DNA of 64,000 nucleotides, from the NCBI GenBank assembly GCA_977030845.1, contig OZ365109.1:23188001-23252000 (forward strand). Direction: 5' to 3'. The stretch is from Fimbriosthenelais zetlandica (taxonomy: Eukaryota). The position numbers and the translations under genes are program-made. The notes under the pieces were generated by a model that was not told the origin of the DNA, did not search any database, and worked only from the letters and a program-made list of their open reading frames with translations. This document shows positions 40,101 to 54,824 of this stretch, piece after piece (position 1 is the stretch's first letter; every line of letters starts with the position of its first letter).

Positions 40101-43100
40101 AGGTCACCGCAAAGACCATTTGTGCAGGTAGGTGTATTGTGGCGACACAAGGAGCAAGTCTTGCAATTTTTCAGCTATGTGATTCCATTAGAGATTGAGC
40201 CAAGAACGTGGTGATTGCTAACCTTGTATTCAATGCCGAAGTCATGGCCTTCATTGCCATGCAAAAACATAGATGACATAATCATCAATACTTTTCTGAT
40301 GGATGGCAGACTTGACCACAAATCAACGCATAACCTTGTGCCACTTCTCATCAACACACAGCAAAAAATCAATCCATTCTGCTATACACGTATATAGGCT
40401 AACCATATCAAAAGTGAACTTGAGCTCGCCTGTCCCTTTTAAATGAATAATGAGCCATTGACAATGGCATGTTAGCATTTCCTTTTCTGCCTGGAATTGC
40501 TTCATTCCCCAATGCTTATATTGATTGCCAGAACCCTTCAAGGAATGACATAAGCTCTAGCTGTGTTTATTCAATAGATTTCTGCCTCGAAAAAAATGTC
40601 TTGAGATGACTCGGCGATTAGAAATGCTGCATTTATTTTAACACCCTGGGCATACGAAGTGGACAAGTTAGATCCCCTTAAGGGATGCAGATGGCTATGG
40701 AACATGGAAAACATGGCTATCTGTCTCAGGGCTGCCTGCCCCGAGCACCCCTTATTGACAGCACAAAATGCAGCGACCGAATCCCAATAATTGAATATCC
40801 CCCTATGCCGGTATTACTCGCGACACTCATAGGAATCGGGGGACAAATTGAAACTGAGTCCTGTTTGTCAGGCTCGATGGGTACAATGGAACTGCTGAGC
40901 AAAATAAGGGAAGTTTTAGTCAGGCAAAGGAATAGTGGGTGGTAGGGCTATAATACTTTTTAAAAACAGTCGATTCTTGAGTTCTAAGGGCCCTTTCCGG
41001 TCAACCAGCCTCCTTTGCTTATTATCCTCGGCAGATATGGAAGAAATTGCCTTCATTCAACTGCACTTCTTTTCCTCGGGAGACCTGCTCCGGGTTAACT
41101 CTGAAATATCTCAGTACTAATAGGGCACGAATCGGACACAAAGAATGAATGAGGTCTGTCCCTAACTCCAAGGCAATGTGCCTTCCTAGCCAGGCAAACG
41201 AGCAGTACCTAGCAAAGCTAATATTTTTTTCCTCCTGTTTACTCAGGGATTATATGTGGCCTTAAAGCCCATACAAGCCTGTGAATAATAGAGCACAAGG
41301 CCTCCATTCTGATTAAAGTCAATTGATTAGAGGACAATCACTGTGGGAAGGATATTTCTCCTGCATTAGCAATCCTGACGTTTGAGCATTAAAATCTTAT
41401 CTATTTATGACTTTGCCTATTGATGGGTAGAATGGCTTCAAATGCAGTCAATCGATTTCTGTGAGGATTTTAAAACTGTGGCGCAGCAGCAATTATCATC
41501 AACATTATGATTAATCATAAAACCACTTTTGACTAATTGCCCCTTCTTATCAAGTCCCCCAATGCTCGATGTGCGTGATTATTTAAACACCGTCCCCTCA
41601 GCCGACCGGCCGACAGATTCTGTAATCCGTTCATTTAGTCAAAAATGTTTCATGTAAGGCACTTGTATAAATCCATCCAAAGCTCCTTGCTGCTTGTCAG
41701 TCTGATGACGCTTCCTGAATAAAAAAAAAAACTCCCCTCAACTGTTCTTCTTTGTTCTTTCTATCTATCCACTTAACAGAAAGGAGACTGCCACCAGCCA
41801 AAGCACTAAGACTTCCAATTTTGATGACAGGCACGCTACAGATTATAGACATATAGACATAACTAGTTTGTGTCTTCATCCTTTTCACCAAGTGCAACAC
41901 ATTTCCTATCGGTGTTCCACATTGCTTGTTCCCTTTATTATATCTACACCCGAGCTCTATTTACGACTTTTTCAAGCAGCCTCGTCATACAACTTATGCA
42001 CATAATTGCCATTGCATATTGGCCATTCTGGTCAATGCACCTTTTCTTCTTGAAGCCCCTAATATATTGCCTGACGTCAGTAGTGCACTTGGTGACATGG
42101 GGTGTATGCTACTTTTATCTTCAGATCGAAGATGGCCGTACAGGAGCAAGGCTGATCTGAAAGCCTTTGTTGTGTGCAAAGCTGTTGACTGATATCAGAA
42201 CGCTTGTACATAGCTGCTCGACTTTGTTGAGGCAGACCCCACACATAATCCATGGCATGTATTAAGTTCTCAAAACCTGCATAAAATATTTATATGCCAT
42301 CTTATGGGTCAACAGGGTCACTCCCTGTTGAGTAGATGATTGTGAATTCTTAGATGCTTATATCATGGGTAGAAATACTAGGTATGGATACAGCGGATCA
42401 CACCTGTCAGAATTAAACCTGAAATCATACATTATGTACATTAGTAATTGAATTTTTCCTGTACAGAAAGTTTCAGAAGATGTCAATGAGTCTTGTCAGG
42501 AGCACATCCCTTCAGTTAGAGTTGTCCCTTTAGTCCTTGAACCATTCTTGCTCCTCTGCGAACATATATTAAATTAAATACCGGCGAATGGTTGAAGGTC
42601 ATTTCTTTAATACCCTGTAGATCAAAGGTTGAAGGATGGACCGAAGTAATGAAGGGAGTTTTGTTTTAGGCGACATTTTAAAGTGATGTATATATGTTCA
42701 GTCTAACTTAGTTCAAGAAAGATGGCTGATCTCCCAACATCATCACCATAAGTTATAATCCATACAAGTGGACCTTTTCACCATGACTACAGACTGTTTT
42801 AAGAAAAGGGATGGACATAAAGATGGATGTATTCGTAGCCCACACAGCTTTCATTTGCATATGAAAAGAACATACTGTAGAGAACATGTGTCATTTGGTA
42901 TGGGGAATACCTGATAGGATACATGCAAATTACGACTAGTCATTCTATAAAGAGATACGGTAAAAATCCCCACAAGGATGTTTGCCTTTCAAGCTAAAAT
43001 CACTGCTTAAAATGCAAAGAAAAACTCAATCAGTCCCAAGGAGTAGGCGTTTTCTTGAAGGGGCCCAGCTAACGTAATTAGCAATCCCCTAGGCCCATAT

Positions 43101-46100
43101 TTTCCACTTTGCGATTACACACGCGAATACCATTACACAAGTTTGAAGAGCTCTGCCAACGTTGAAGATCATGAAGAAATACTGGATCTAATCTAATTAT
43201 TCGTCCAAGACAGGACTGTCTCCCTGATTGGTTTTCCCTTGGCGACACTTACAAAAGAGGCAGTTGCTCTGCACTTAGCACTGAATCCTTCATATAGACA
43301 GAAAGCCTGGCCTGTAGCCGTGTGTTGGAGTCCGCCTTTATGGGGTAGGGAATCTACTTCAAAAGCAAGGTATTTTGTCGTTCCCTAGCACCAGTGGCCC
43401 AATATCAAAGCATACCTTTACCACTGATGGTCTCTCTCATGCCAGTATGCAATCGGAACTGATTTGCTGGTTCGGCAAGTAGAAAATGGAGCGAAATGAG
43501 CTGAGGGCGTTCGAGCTGATCACGGCATGGATTGAGGACCCACTGAACTTTCGTCTTCTGACCTCCTAATCAGGGTGGACTGAAAGCTTCAAGAGCAAAC
43601 CTTGACCGTTATCAAAAGATGGTAGTTGTAGTAATTACCCCCGACTGTTCACTCTACTAATACAGCCCCTCTCATCAGTGCCGCTATCACCGCTCTCTTT
43701 ATTCGCACTACTTCGTGAATCAGGTTGGAACTTCCGCCGGAGCAACTCCTGCCCTGGCGCTTGGCTGCCAAATGCTACAGCCAAGGCGCTTCACAGCCGA
43801 ATCAAGGAGAGGTTAAAAGGTACGGCATGGGTACAAGTAGAGATAATGGCAGGAACTTACAGGGGGGACCAATCCTCTTCGAATATTGCCCAAAATGGCT
43901 CACTGATTTGCAACTGTCGGATATTGGCTGCCAGGGAACAGGGAGCACCACTCTGCTTGATGTGGAGGCCATATTTCTGACTGGGTGACAGACGTCCATA
44001 AGGGCACACATGAAATGGGCTATTTGATTGAGGTAAAGGTCTTGTCAAGGTGCATTGTCAGAAAAAATGGTTCTATTTTCCCAGAAAGCCACTTAAGCAC
44101 TGAATCAACCATGGGAGATTTTTATCCTTAAGATTGAGAAGGCAATATCGATATTGCAGTAACTACATAGGGGACTGGATCTGACCGAACGAGCCATTGC
44201 GCATGCCTGGCTGATGATGATCTTTGTTGAAGTGAAGCTTTACTATACTAGGGAGAGATTTTTTTTCAATTGACTGGCTTACTGATTCTTCTATTACATC
44301 CCCAAGAAAGGCTGAAATTGTGATGGCCTGAAAAGCAAGGATTATAGGTGTATGCACTATTGGGATCCAGAGGCAGGCTGCCCTTAGTGACTGTCAGTGA
44401 GGTTGAAGGTTCTGTCTTTGTGAGAAGCAGGGGCATTGTTTAGAAGATGCTGGAGGCACCTGAAGGCGAGGAAACAAACATAATAGGACGCAGCCAAGCA
44501 TGAGGCCACTGCAGGCTAGGTGTGGGAACAGCCATACTATTGGCGAAATAAAAATCAATCCTTGTATCAGTTCTATTTCACCCAGAATTAAAATCGATCC
44601 CACGAGATATGAGATACTGTGGATTGAGGGGGACTGACGTCTTCGCGGCTGGCCACTGAAGGTGTCTTGTTGAAAAAAAACTGGAATTTTATTGACTTAG
44701 AGGGGAAGCAGTTTGGCAAGGTCCATGGAGGCACACGTTTTACTATTGATTGCAGTGTTGTAAAGAGACACTGTTATAAGAAGTGTGGATGTGAGACCAA
44801 TTTACTTGCACGTTACCTTGCATGACAATTCTGGCATGGATACAAGCAAGCGTGACACACACAGGTCCCCAAACAAAGCCTTCGCACGAAATAAAATGAG
44901 TAGAAAGTCATGTCTCACACCTGACTCAATATTAATTTCTGCTCCTCTGATTGCACATACGCAGCCTCAAGAATGGCATGAGAACGATTGATGAAGAAGG
45001 TATTGAATATGCCTGACAAGGTAAATTACAGCCAGTGCATGTAAACAGATGGAGGTTCCATTGCAATTAAAAGGGGATGCTGATAAGATTTCCTCCTTGA
45101 TTGCCCGCAGAAATGCATGTTCAATGATGTGCGAGGTATTATTTCATCATATCTTATATCAGATTGACTATCAAAATATACAATCTTTTTCCCCTCGATG
45201 AAATAAATATTTAGCTTTCTTGCTACACCGAGGGAAAAGACAAATATGTAGTTGGATGTATACTAGAGTTCTTGATGACAGCTCTGTGTGGGAGGCCATC
45301 AGTGATATTATATATCACCCGAGTCGTTGTATTTCAGGCTGCACTTCCATGTACCACCTAGGATCTACTTAGGACGTCCCCCATAGAAGAAAGTACATTA
45401 TAATGGAGCTATGCCTATTATTTATGATGCTCCTTTTGAGTCCCCAAATGAGCTACTATAACGAGAGTCTATACCTGCCTCTTATCAAAGCAGCCCATAT
45501 AGCTTCGACATATTACACTGATTCACAAGCCGTGAGAAAGTAAGGGAAGTTCTTTCATCCACAGTAGGGTGTAACTTGTTGTTTTTTTCTCTTTAGCGCA
45601 TGCCACAATGGCTCGTACTGAACATTATTTCCTCTTGAATGCCATCCAGTAGACTGAAACACATAGTAACTGGACTGTTGGCTTCGCCAGTTACTGCGTA
45701 TGTATACTTATCATGAAGCACAAATGAAAAGTGGCTAGTGATAAGGTGGGTGCAGTGAGAGGCAAGGTTTGGCCCGCTGCCGTGATTGTTGCTGCTTGGT
45801 ATGGTCTGTTCCACATGACTGATCTGCAATTTGGGACGGGGGCGCCAGGAGGAGTGATGGATCCGGTGCTGGCCAGCTTCCTGTGACCTGACTGCGAGCG
45901 TGACTCGAGCAACAATAACCAGCAGAAGGTGACACAATCTATCCCTGTCTACAGGCACATTTTCCTCCCTGCTGTTTTCAACTAAATGAATGAGCTTTGT
46001 TTATGAAAAGTTAAAAAAAATAACGAAAGACACATGGCTTGATCCATTGTGCTGAGTCATTCAAGGTAAATCAAATTTCATTTTAGGAACCCATGCCAAA

Positions 46101-49100
46101 AAGAAATTTAATCAAATTCTTGTATAAAGAATTTAAATATAGTGTTCATTGCTTCGGGGCAATGACTTCATGGCTGACTAGATAGCCTTTAGGATTGGGA
46201 GAGTTGGCATGAGAAGTGAAACCCGTGGAGCCAAGGGTGCTGGAGGCAAAAATCAGTAAGCCGTTGCTAGGAAGCCTGTGATCGGCCAGTCATAAACATA
46301 TACCCCCTGTCGGGTCATATTGAATATGTGCATCCTAGTAATGTTGGTCACGTATGTTTGGGGACACTTAATCAATCTGCCAAACCTTTAAGGTCATGGA
46401 CTTGGTACAGATATCCATTTCATGACAAAGGAAACTACTTTTGCTTCATTTGCGGGGCAAAATCAAATAGTCTCGCTTGTCTGTGGTTAATTTATTGATA
46501 ACGCCTGAGAAGAGGGGTTAAGAGTAGAGCTGACAATCAGCATTGATCGTTTGATTGCTCTCTCTGACTAAACGGCAAAAATGGCAAAATGGACTATCAT
46601 CATTCAAATGGCCGAGAGCTGGCCAGCCATTAGGCTACATCAAAGAATATGGCAGTGGCCAAATTGTGCCAAATTTCCAACGGCCATTCAGACGGTCCAA
46701 TACTCGCTATGCATTAGTCAGGTTTCCCTTACACTAAATTAGTTTTCCTCTGTGATAATCAATTCCTTCAAAGGAAGACACTTAGGAGTTTGATAACACA
46801 AGGCAAAGGCTCGGGGACATCCCCCCCTAGTAGGGCCAGTATGAAGGGTATGTGGCCCAGATAAATAGCCTCTCCTGATTCCCCCCTTTTTCCGGGTGAA
46901 GGCTCGGCTCTTTTTTTATTTTGGAGGGCTAAAAGGTTCACCTAACAGGATAAATGTGGGGGGCACTTGTGCGGATCCTTGATTTAATGTTAGGAGGGCT
47001 GAATCATATCGATACTGTGGGGGGTGAAAGCAATATCTCCAGTTTTTTGCCTAGTACACTTTGATGTGGCAGGATCAAAGTGTTCCGTCTTGAACATGTC
47101 TATGCTGGATTGTAAAATCTTTTGTGCTCATATGCCAGTGTCACCAACCCAATGCTTTTATTGACAAACCATTCAAGTACTGTACATAACATAGCAATTC
47201 TGAATGGAGCGAGCGAGGGGCGGAGGGGGTATTAAGCATGTTAAGAAAAGCCGACAGCTTGCCACAGACAAATCAGGAGAGTAGGCGAATATATCAACAG
47301 AATGTATTCCAAACATAATAATGCCCGGATTTAGTGGAGAATTTTGAGCCTGCTTGGGTCTGATATGACAAGCTGGAGGCCACACCAAGGCTGTACGGAT
47401 CAATCCATCCCCCAGACTCTTTCTCCTCCTAACCACTACAATGAAGATGTATATGTATTCTGTACAAAGCCAGAGACAGAGAGCCTGTTCCATTGGGAAG
47501 GTATTGTTCTTTTTCTGTCGTTGGCCAATCCATCGGACCAGGACATCTGTCTGGGGCTTGGACTCATTTTGCCCAGATTCAGATTGGATCCGGAGTGCGG
47601 GGCCCACTGCTCTTTGCCCCTAGTACCTAATCCAGTTTAGCTGCACACGCTAAACAAATCATGTGAGTCTTCCCCGCCTGTCGCCCAACCCCATGATGAA
47701 TGCTGGGTCCACAGCCGACTCCAGACGAACATCTAATTGTTTTTATTACAATAAATCCATTAGGCATAACGCATAACAGTATCGCATAAATCTATGTCAA
47801 ATGAAGCAGACAGCAAAGCAATATGAGGGCATTTGGTTGAGATGGCACCGGCTCAAACCAGGTCATTGCTGGGATTTGTCACGAGTGAACTTATCCTCTG
47901 GAATGTTTTGGTGGTGTTCAGAGCCCGAGGCCTGCTATAGTATTTCCTTCCACCTGAGGTTCACAGGATGGAAATGTTCTATGTGTGAAGGAATATGCCA
48001 CAGTAGTCTTAACCATATTGGCTAAAAGATTGGTCAACCTGTGCCAACCTGCCCTGACTGTATGAGTGCCATTTCCCCTGAGACTCGGACTTGCAGGCCT
48101 TGGGAAGTGGAAGCATGCATTTTGCTAAACACCCTGACATCGTAAGTTATGGCAAACCCTCACACACCAGTAAATATGCGGAGAAAGAGGGGGCTTAATC
48201 GAAGGACTTCCTCTATGGAGACAGGCTAACTTCCCGTCTTATTCGATTCTCCATTCTGAACTAATCATAGTGATTATTTCTCGGGAGAGTTGGAGCGGGG
48301 CTAATCTCTCGCCGGATAATTACACAGAGAGCATCGGGCTAATTACAAGCCCAATCAGTCTTTCTTACCTGATGCACAATGCAATCGTGCCTGTAGAGCA
48401 GGCGCCAGTCAAACAGACAGGGGCTTACAGCGTATCTTTAAGTGGAAAGAGTCTTGGCACCAGTGCTATCTGTTTTAGCCCCCGAAACCTTGCTCTCCAG
48501 CCAAAGTTGCTTTGTTTGCTAATGGATAGACACCATGAAATATTCCCGGGATTTCTGAGCAACAGCATAATAAATAAGACGATTGGTAGATTGGACTTTG
48601 CAAAGCAGCCTTTCAGTCACCTTTTTATCACCCTGGAAACCCAGTTTGGTGATTTCCAACTCAAGGCCAGGCTATAGCACTAGTCCAATTTGCGAGATGC
48701 ATTATCCACGTGTGGGAGAGAAATGTTTGCTGGAGGTAGTGGGATTGCCTCCGATTTTAGCCAAATTGTCTTTGGCGCGGCCCAAAGCATTCCCTATTTC
48801 TGTATGGTAGGGGATGATGTGCGCCTTAATGGTAAAGAAAGGAGGGGTAGTCTCTGATGGTGTGTCTCCTAGGCAAGCCTTAGGGGGAGGAGAGCTTAAC
48901 ATGACCAAAAGCTCTTACTCTAAAGCTAGTCCTGTATAGAAGAACATAAAGGCAAGTCGCCTGAATCCAGCATTAAGAATACCTACAGGAAGAATCGGGA
49001 TTAGATTGTTGTCTTCTTATGAAAGTTCTGACAGGGACCGACTTGTTATAACTTGGAGCTCAGAGAGGCCGGGATAATCTTTCTCGCTTCATCCCATATT

Positions 49101-52100
49101 TCCCATAATGACGGAAGGAGCTTTCATTCCTGCTCCTGGGATGAGACTTGCACAAATCGGCCTTTTTTCTTTTGAATTAAGAAAGCTGCCAGAAGAGCGT
49201 AAGAAGAATACTCAGAATCCAATGAGAACAGACGGTTAAGATGGTCATACAAGCTTAGCAAAGAAAAGCTGGGGAAATAATTATTCTAACGCGAGTACAT
49301 TAGGAACATGAGAGAGATTTTTTTAATCAAATTAGTGGGCTTAGCCAGCTTGGTGTCTTGGGTTGACATTCAACTTTCTTTCAAAGTATAATCAGTAAGC
49401 AAAGGTTATTTTCAATATTTCCATGGCGTCATTTTCATGAGTCGATTGTGTTGTTTTATAATTAGGCTCCCTGCTCACTTAGCAATTACCCACTTAGACG
49501 AACGATATAAATACAGCAACTGGCTTCCATTTTTAAACAGACAGAATCATTTACAACTGGCTAACTAACATTTTGCAAAATGACCTGTCTCAAGTCAACA
49601 CTATAAAGATAGGCGACTTGGGAACCTTTGATGTTCAAGTCTGAACTATTGAAGGTTTTGCAGAAGGCGCCATACGCCTCCACCTTTTTGCGGGAGTCCT
49701 GTTGATGAACAAGCGATGCACACGTTTTCATCAGCCGCTTGCCACAGAGCAGAATTCTCCGGTTGTCCTGCCTGTACTAAAAATAGGCCTTAATGACGCA
49801 CTTGCTTGTATTAACAGTAACAGCCGCCGCCGAAAATACATGCGGAAAAAGTATTATTAATATCTGCTGGGCTTAATATAGAAGGTGTACCCCGGAACTG
49901 CAGTCCAAAGAGGAGGAAAAAGATCATTGCCTGTATTTTGAATAAAGACAATGCCAATTGTTAGGAAAATGGGAAATCCTGTGGCTATCCACTCCCATCG
50001 ATTGCAATTTTCTTTATCGAATGCCTTCCATGTGGCATGGGAGATTGTTGGGAAAGGTGATCAGTACGGCTCTGTGCCAATCTAGATTCTAGGTGCATAT
50101 CTGAAGGCAGTGATAATGATTGCAATTCACAATGAAATGATGTTGTAGGAAGAAAGTTGATGGGGTGATGGTAATTCTATTGACGGGTATGATTTGATAT
50201 TCATTTAGATGAAGTGTTGAAATAGGAGTTTCAATTCTCAATAAGTGACGTTCATCATTGGGCAGGAGGAAGGAAATGACTGTGGTGATATTAAGATATC
50301 GACCTTTAGCATTCCGCACATCTTCAAGCATGGCTGCAATTGCAATTTCAAGAGATAATATTGACACCCGGGTTCATCAAACAATCTCGTATCTTTTTCC
50401 CTGTCCTTGCTTCATGGTGAAGAGTTTTTAAATGTCTCCCCATAATAGCAGTTATCAATTCTCAGGATGTTTTACCCAGGATAGTTTAACAGGGCATCAT
50501 TTTAACAATGAAATAGCTAGACGATCCATCCAACTGTAGTGTCTATTACAATCGGACTTCAGCATCTTTTCCAACGTTACACTTGGAATGCACCCTGACA
50601 CTAGTCTGATATAATGTGCCTTTGGAGTACATTATTTCCCCTTCTATTGATTATGCTATTATATGCCCCACACCTAGAAGATCTTTCACGCAGACCTTGA
50701 GCTTTTCCTCGTGACTTTTTTCATAAATCACACACTCCAATCATCCCATGTAGCAGCTAGATGTTGGTTCTAATATAACTCTGCTTGGTTTGAGTATAGA
50801 GAACAGACAACTGACTGAGCACTGCCTCGATCCCCGTATGGGCGAAAGTCATTATTGTTCCGGGCCCCCAATCTCCTACTCGTGACCCCAACAGTGGAAG
50901 AAAATGCTAACACAGATCCCCTGTTAAAAGAGGTCATGCGTGGTACTTTCATCCACTTTTACCTGTCTCTTGTTCCAAGCGTCAATTAATGTCAGATAAA
51001 AGCAACCTAATCAGAAAGACAGTGGTTTAGGATTGAGACAGATGGCAATTCACCGCCAGGCCACGTTTCAACCGGTTCCTTCCTCTGCTGATACAGAATT
51101 TTAAGGGCGTGGACATTTGATAGATGACACGAGGCTAACCAAACTGGTCTGAAACAAAAGGCCTCGTCATCACAACTCCAGTCTCTACTCGAGCGTTTCC
51201 TCTATACAGGTTCTATTAAAAAGAACACAGTATTGCCAGACCCCATTTCCTCTGCCCACCCCCGGAAGAAAAAAACCCAGCCAGTGCTTCTTCCAGTGGA
51301 CAAGAAATAAAAAAATACACAGAATGGAATGTTATCTAATGGCTCTACCACAGTTGCAGAATGGCAAATTCTTTGCATGGAGATGCAAATTGGAAACAAG
51401 AGAAGTATCCAGTCCTCAAAATAATCATTTGAAAGAGCTCTTTTTACAACAATATGTCATTTCATTCTGCAAAAGCAGGAGAGCGGAGTAATCTGAAAGC
51501 CCGACTGAAGATCATTAATCATATTTGGCTGAAAGACTAGAGAGAGGAGCTTGCAATCCCTTACTCCTACGTGTAGGTGATCCATCAAACTAAGGATGGG
51601 GCTTTTCAACAGTTACAGAACACTGGTAATCTCGATTCACCTGCGAGGTTAGAGTTTCTGTGTAAATCGTTGCTTTTAAAGAGCCACCTACCTGACTGTT
51701 GACCGAGACAGCAGCCACATTAGCTGGCCGTTCATGCTTTTATCAGGCCTCAAGCCCGGACGGTTCCCAACTCCACTAATCTGACATCATTATAGGCCTG
51801 TGTGTTGGCTTTGAGGGGCCTTTGATTTTGGTGGCAAGAGAAACCCGGCCATTAGTCCACTCCGCAGTACAATGGTGCTTTCTGACTCGGTGACGCGATA
51901 CCCGCCGACACTGTCATTGAGTGGACCTCTCGAGCAATGTCCACCGACCGACCCCTTTTACTGCCTTGTTAAATCGACAAAGCATCATCCTAGCCAACTC
52001 ATCAGGCCGACCGTGGCTAATCTTAGCAAGCCCAGTGGTACAGAAAACTCTAGAGGCGAATGTGAGCTACACCCTCTCTTGTCTTTTTACCCTTCCCTGT

Positions 52101-54276
52101 TGTTCTTTCTCTATACATCAGTATCCAATGCCTCCCAGAAACCCGAGTATGGATTACAGGATCTAATGTTAGGCCACGATGAGGGCTAAAGATAAATCTT
52201 TGAGCTTTTTTTGGACTCCCGGGTGTTTGTTCTTCCATCAGCGTGTCAGGGTAGATCACAATGGGCTTCGTTTTAGTACTATAGATTTCCTGCGACACAA
52301 GTTAACTTTCCGTCTAGTACTTACATGGAAAATCACAGGAGTGAGCATCACTCGGGGTGACTTCTCCATATGCCACTAGTGGTGGAAAGATGGATATCGA
52401 ACCAGAAATAGGAGGCAAAACAGCCACCAGAATCATCCCATGAATAGTAATGTGACGGGCCGTGATTGAATCATAACTCCCATTTGGTAATATGACGTTT
52501 TTAAATTGCATTTTATCCCTCGTAAAAAAAGAGGACATTGGAGTTAAGATATGCAGATTTGTCGCACTATATTGCCCCAAAAACGACAGAGTCAACTCAC
52601 TTATCCAGGAGAAAATGAATTGACCGCCCTCACTTTTTACCGGATTACATTGGATTAGATGAGATAGTGAATATTTATGGCTGGATTCAAATTCAAATCG
52701 ATATTCAATTTGAAATAAATCTGCTACAGTGAGGGCTTTTCCCTATAGGCACTAAAGAAGTCTTTCCCCCACAGACCTTGGTGCAATTCATATAATATAA
52801 ATGTTTAGAAAAGTTTATAAAAAGAGATGAGACCAGCTAAAACATGCAATATTATCTGATAAGGCCAGTGCAATGGAAGGGATGAATGCATTCACGCGAG
52901 ACATTCAGTGATTGCATGACAGATTGACAGGAGCCATTCATGGATACCAAACATCAGTGGAACAAGATCTCATAGAGCACGCCAACTTATGTCCACCCTC
53001 TGGCTATTGGGCTCCCTGAGCACTGGGGTAGGTATAAACACTCTGGGGGCAAGGATTTTCTTCCTTATAACTCTGGGGAAATATATCATTGGATTAGGCC
53101 TGATGGTGAGAGTGCCCACGTCAGCTGGCAAATCTACCTTGGGGCTCTCTGCCTGAGAGCGGTCGTATATCGATATTCACATCTAGAGTGGATGAGACTG
53201 GCTATCTGTGCAGTTTAACACATCTACGCCTATCCATTATGGTCCATCCCGTTTCGCCCAACCTGGATGATAGGCCCTGAGGCCAGAGGCAAATCGAGAG
53301 CACCATCCCTTCCTTTTTTACAACGCCAAAGATGCCTTAGACCCACAGTTAAAGTCAACACAGGGCCCTGTCCATGGCCCTAAGGCTCTCGGCCATGGCG
53401 ACCCTTCCTTGAACTGGGAGCAGCACCTGGAACGTTTGCCTACCACCAGTACACACATACATCAAAGGCTTCTAGCCGCTCAATTATCTGTGATCCAGTG
53501 CAGAGCCCACTCGGTAAATATAGGCTTTGCCCTGCCTAAGTTTGACACACTCGAAAAGAATCTGTATGGTGCATGGCTTCCAATTCGCCGACTCATTTTA
53601 TATCAGGATAGAAACGCCCATAGCCACCAGCAAACCGAATGGCTTTTAGCTCTTAAGGGGCCTCGTGCATTATTAGAATATGTTCCCCCAAACCTCCCCT
53701 CGACCTTACTGTTTGCACATAACATGTATGTCCCTCTGGGGATATATTAGACATCAATAAACCAAGTGAATAATCATAGGTTACAAATTCAATTATTTGA
53801 CTTGAAATTGGTGACATGATGTAACTGGGAATGAGGGGACCAGAGTCTCTTGGGAGAGGGCATTAACTCCCCAATGGTCGCGTTCAAAGCAGCTGTGATG
53901 GCGTTTCGTGCCATGTCAGACGCTATTGACTTTTTGAGCACTGTAAACAAATTGTTGCTGCAACGAACCTAATCCTTTGGGGTACTGTGTTGGCGAGGCA
54001 TGTCTTGTGCGATTACAGTTGAACATGTCTGTTGTCAGGGAGCTGGCGTTTCATCACAGGCCGCCACTGGAGCGTGGCTGATCCAATGGGAATGACAACA
54101 GGGTTGGACGAGTTTAGCGCCTTCAGAATCTCCCCCAAGAGAAGCGATCAATGTACTCACACCGTCAGCTTATATGTACCCCGGGCTCTAAACGGATATT
54201 ACAAGCGGATGAAGCTGGAAAAGGAAACGCTAGGAGCTATGTGTAGAAAGATTATGTATAGTACAAACACACTCAC

Positions 54277-54343
54277 CTTGCCCTGACACCTGTGTTGTAG
54301 TTGCCACAGTCAGGAGAATCGATAGGATCCCCAGTTGCCACAT
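54277..54343 (-). CDS. First coding exon (signal peptide MWQLGILSILLTVATTTQVSGQ+G) of a SUEL-lectin/CUB/sushi-like type-I membrane protein
   Basis: ATG at 54343 is followed by a hydrophobic 22-aa signal-peptide-like stretch ending CAA G|GTGAGT, a consensus phase-1 donor. The phase matches the acceptor at 21480, and a TATA/Inr promoter lies upstream. The link across 33 kb is inferred. Confidence 0.75.
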
Positions 54344-54824
54344 TCTGCTTGTATGAAGGTAACAATTCGCCTTGAGCTGAATCTTGGTAGTAGTATGTAA
54401 CACCTTGTCCTTTTCCTTCACCTCTTGGTGTCCTATTTCTCTTAGCTTGGTATCAAGTAAGTGCAGTCCTGCCAATCGATTCCTCGTTGTTGATCTCTTT
54501 CGAGTAATTCACCCACTCCGAACTAGCGTGCGAGTAGCTCGCTGGCCTGATGACACTGGTAGGGAGGGAGTATTGTAGCAGGGGCTCGCTTCTGCCTCCT
54601 CCTACTCCTTCTCGTGATAAGTCCCGCCGCACAGAGCAGCTCTCAATGTAGATGGAAAAATGTCCAGTTGTGTTGCTTAAATTAAGCTTTATGGAGAGAG
54701 GGATTCTCAACTCCAATCTGTGTTTTTGGCTTCTTGTTGAAATATCTTCTTTCGCCCTCTCTTAGTATCTTACACTTGTTAGCTTGTAGTGATCAGCATG
54801 TGAACACGGCTGTGCACGCTCAAG

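Larger units (their letters stand above)
21481..54276 (-). other. ~32.8-kb first intron of the membrane-protein gene
   Basis: Bounded by the GT donor at 54276 and the AG acceptor at 21481. I found no convincing in-frame internal coding exon by eye. Confidence 0.65.

Noticed and set aside
42611-42623. 13-nt match to the 5' end of miR-10 (TACCCTGTAGATC)
   Set aside because: The 3' half does not match and no precursor hairpin is evident.
45593-45958. Minus-strand ORF with a signal-peptide-like start (LCHLLLVIVARVTLAVRS) as another alternative first exon
   Set aside because: It starts at GTG, has no in-frame ATG and no good phase-1 donor after the hydrophobic stretch. The local patch is GC-rich and open in all three minus frames.
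48369-48390. 22-nt candidate microexon (ctacag|...CAG|GTAAGA)
   Set aside because: Length is not a multiple of three, and such site pairs are expected by chance in 33 kb.
47173-48677. Longer intronic ORFs (144 aa and 135 aa)
   Set aside because: No domain-like pattern and no phase-compatible splice sites; consistent with random open frames.
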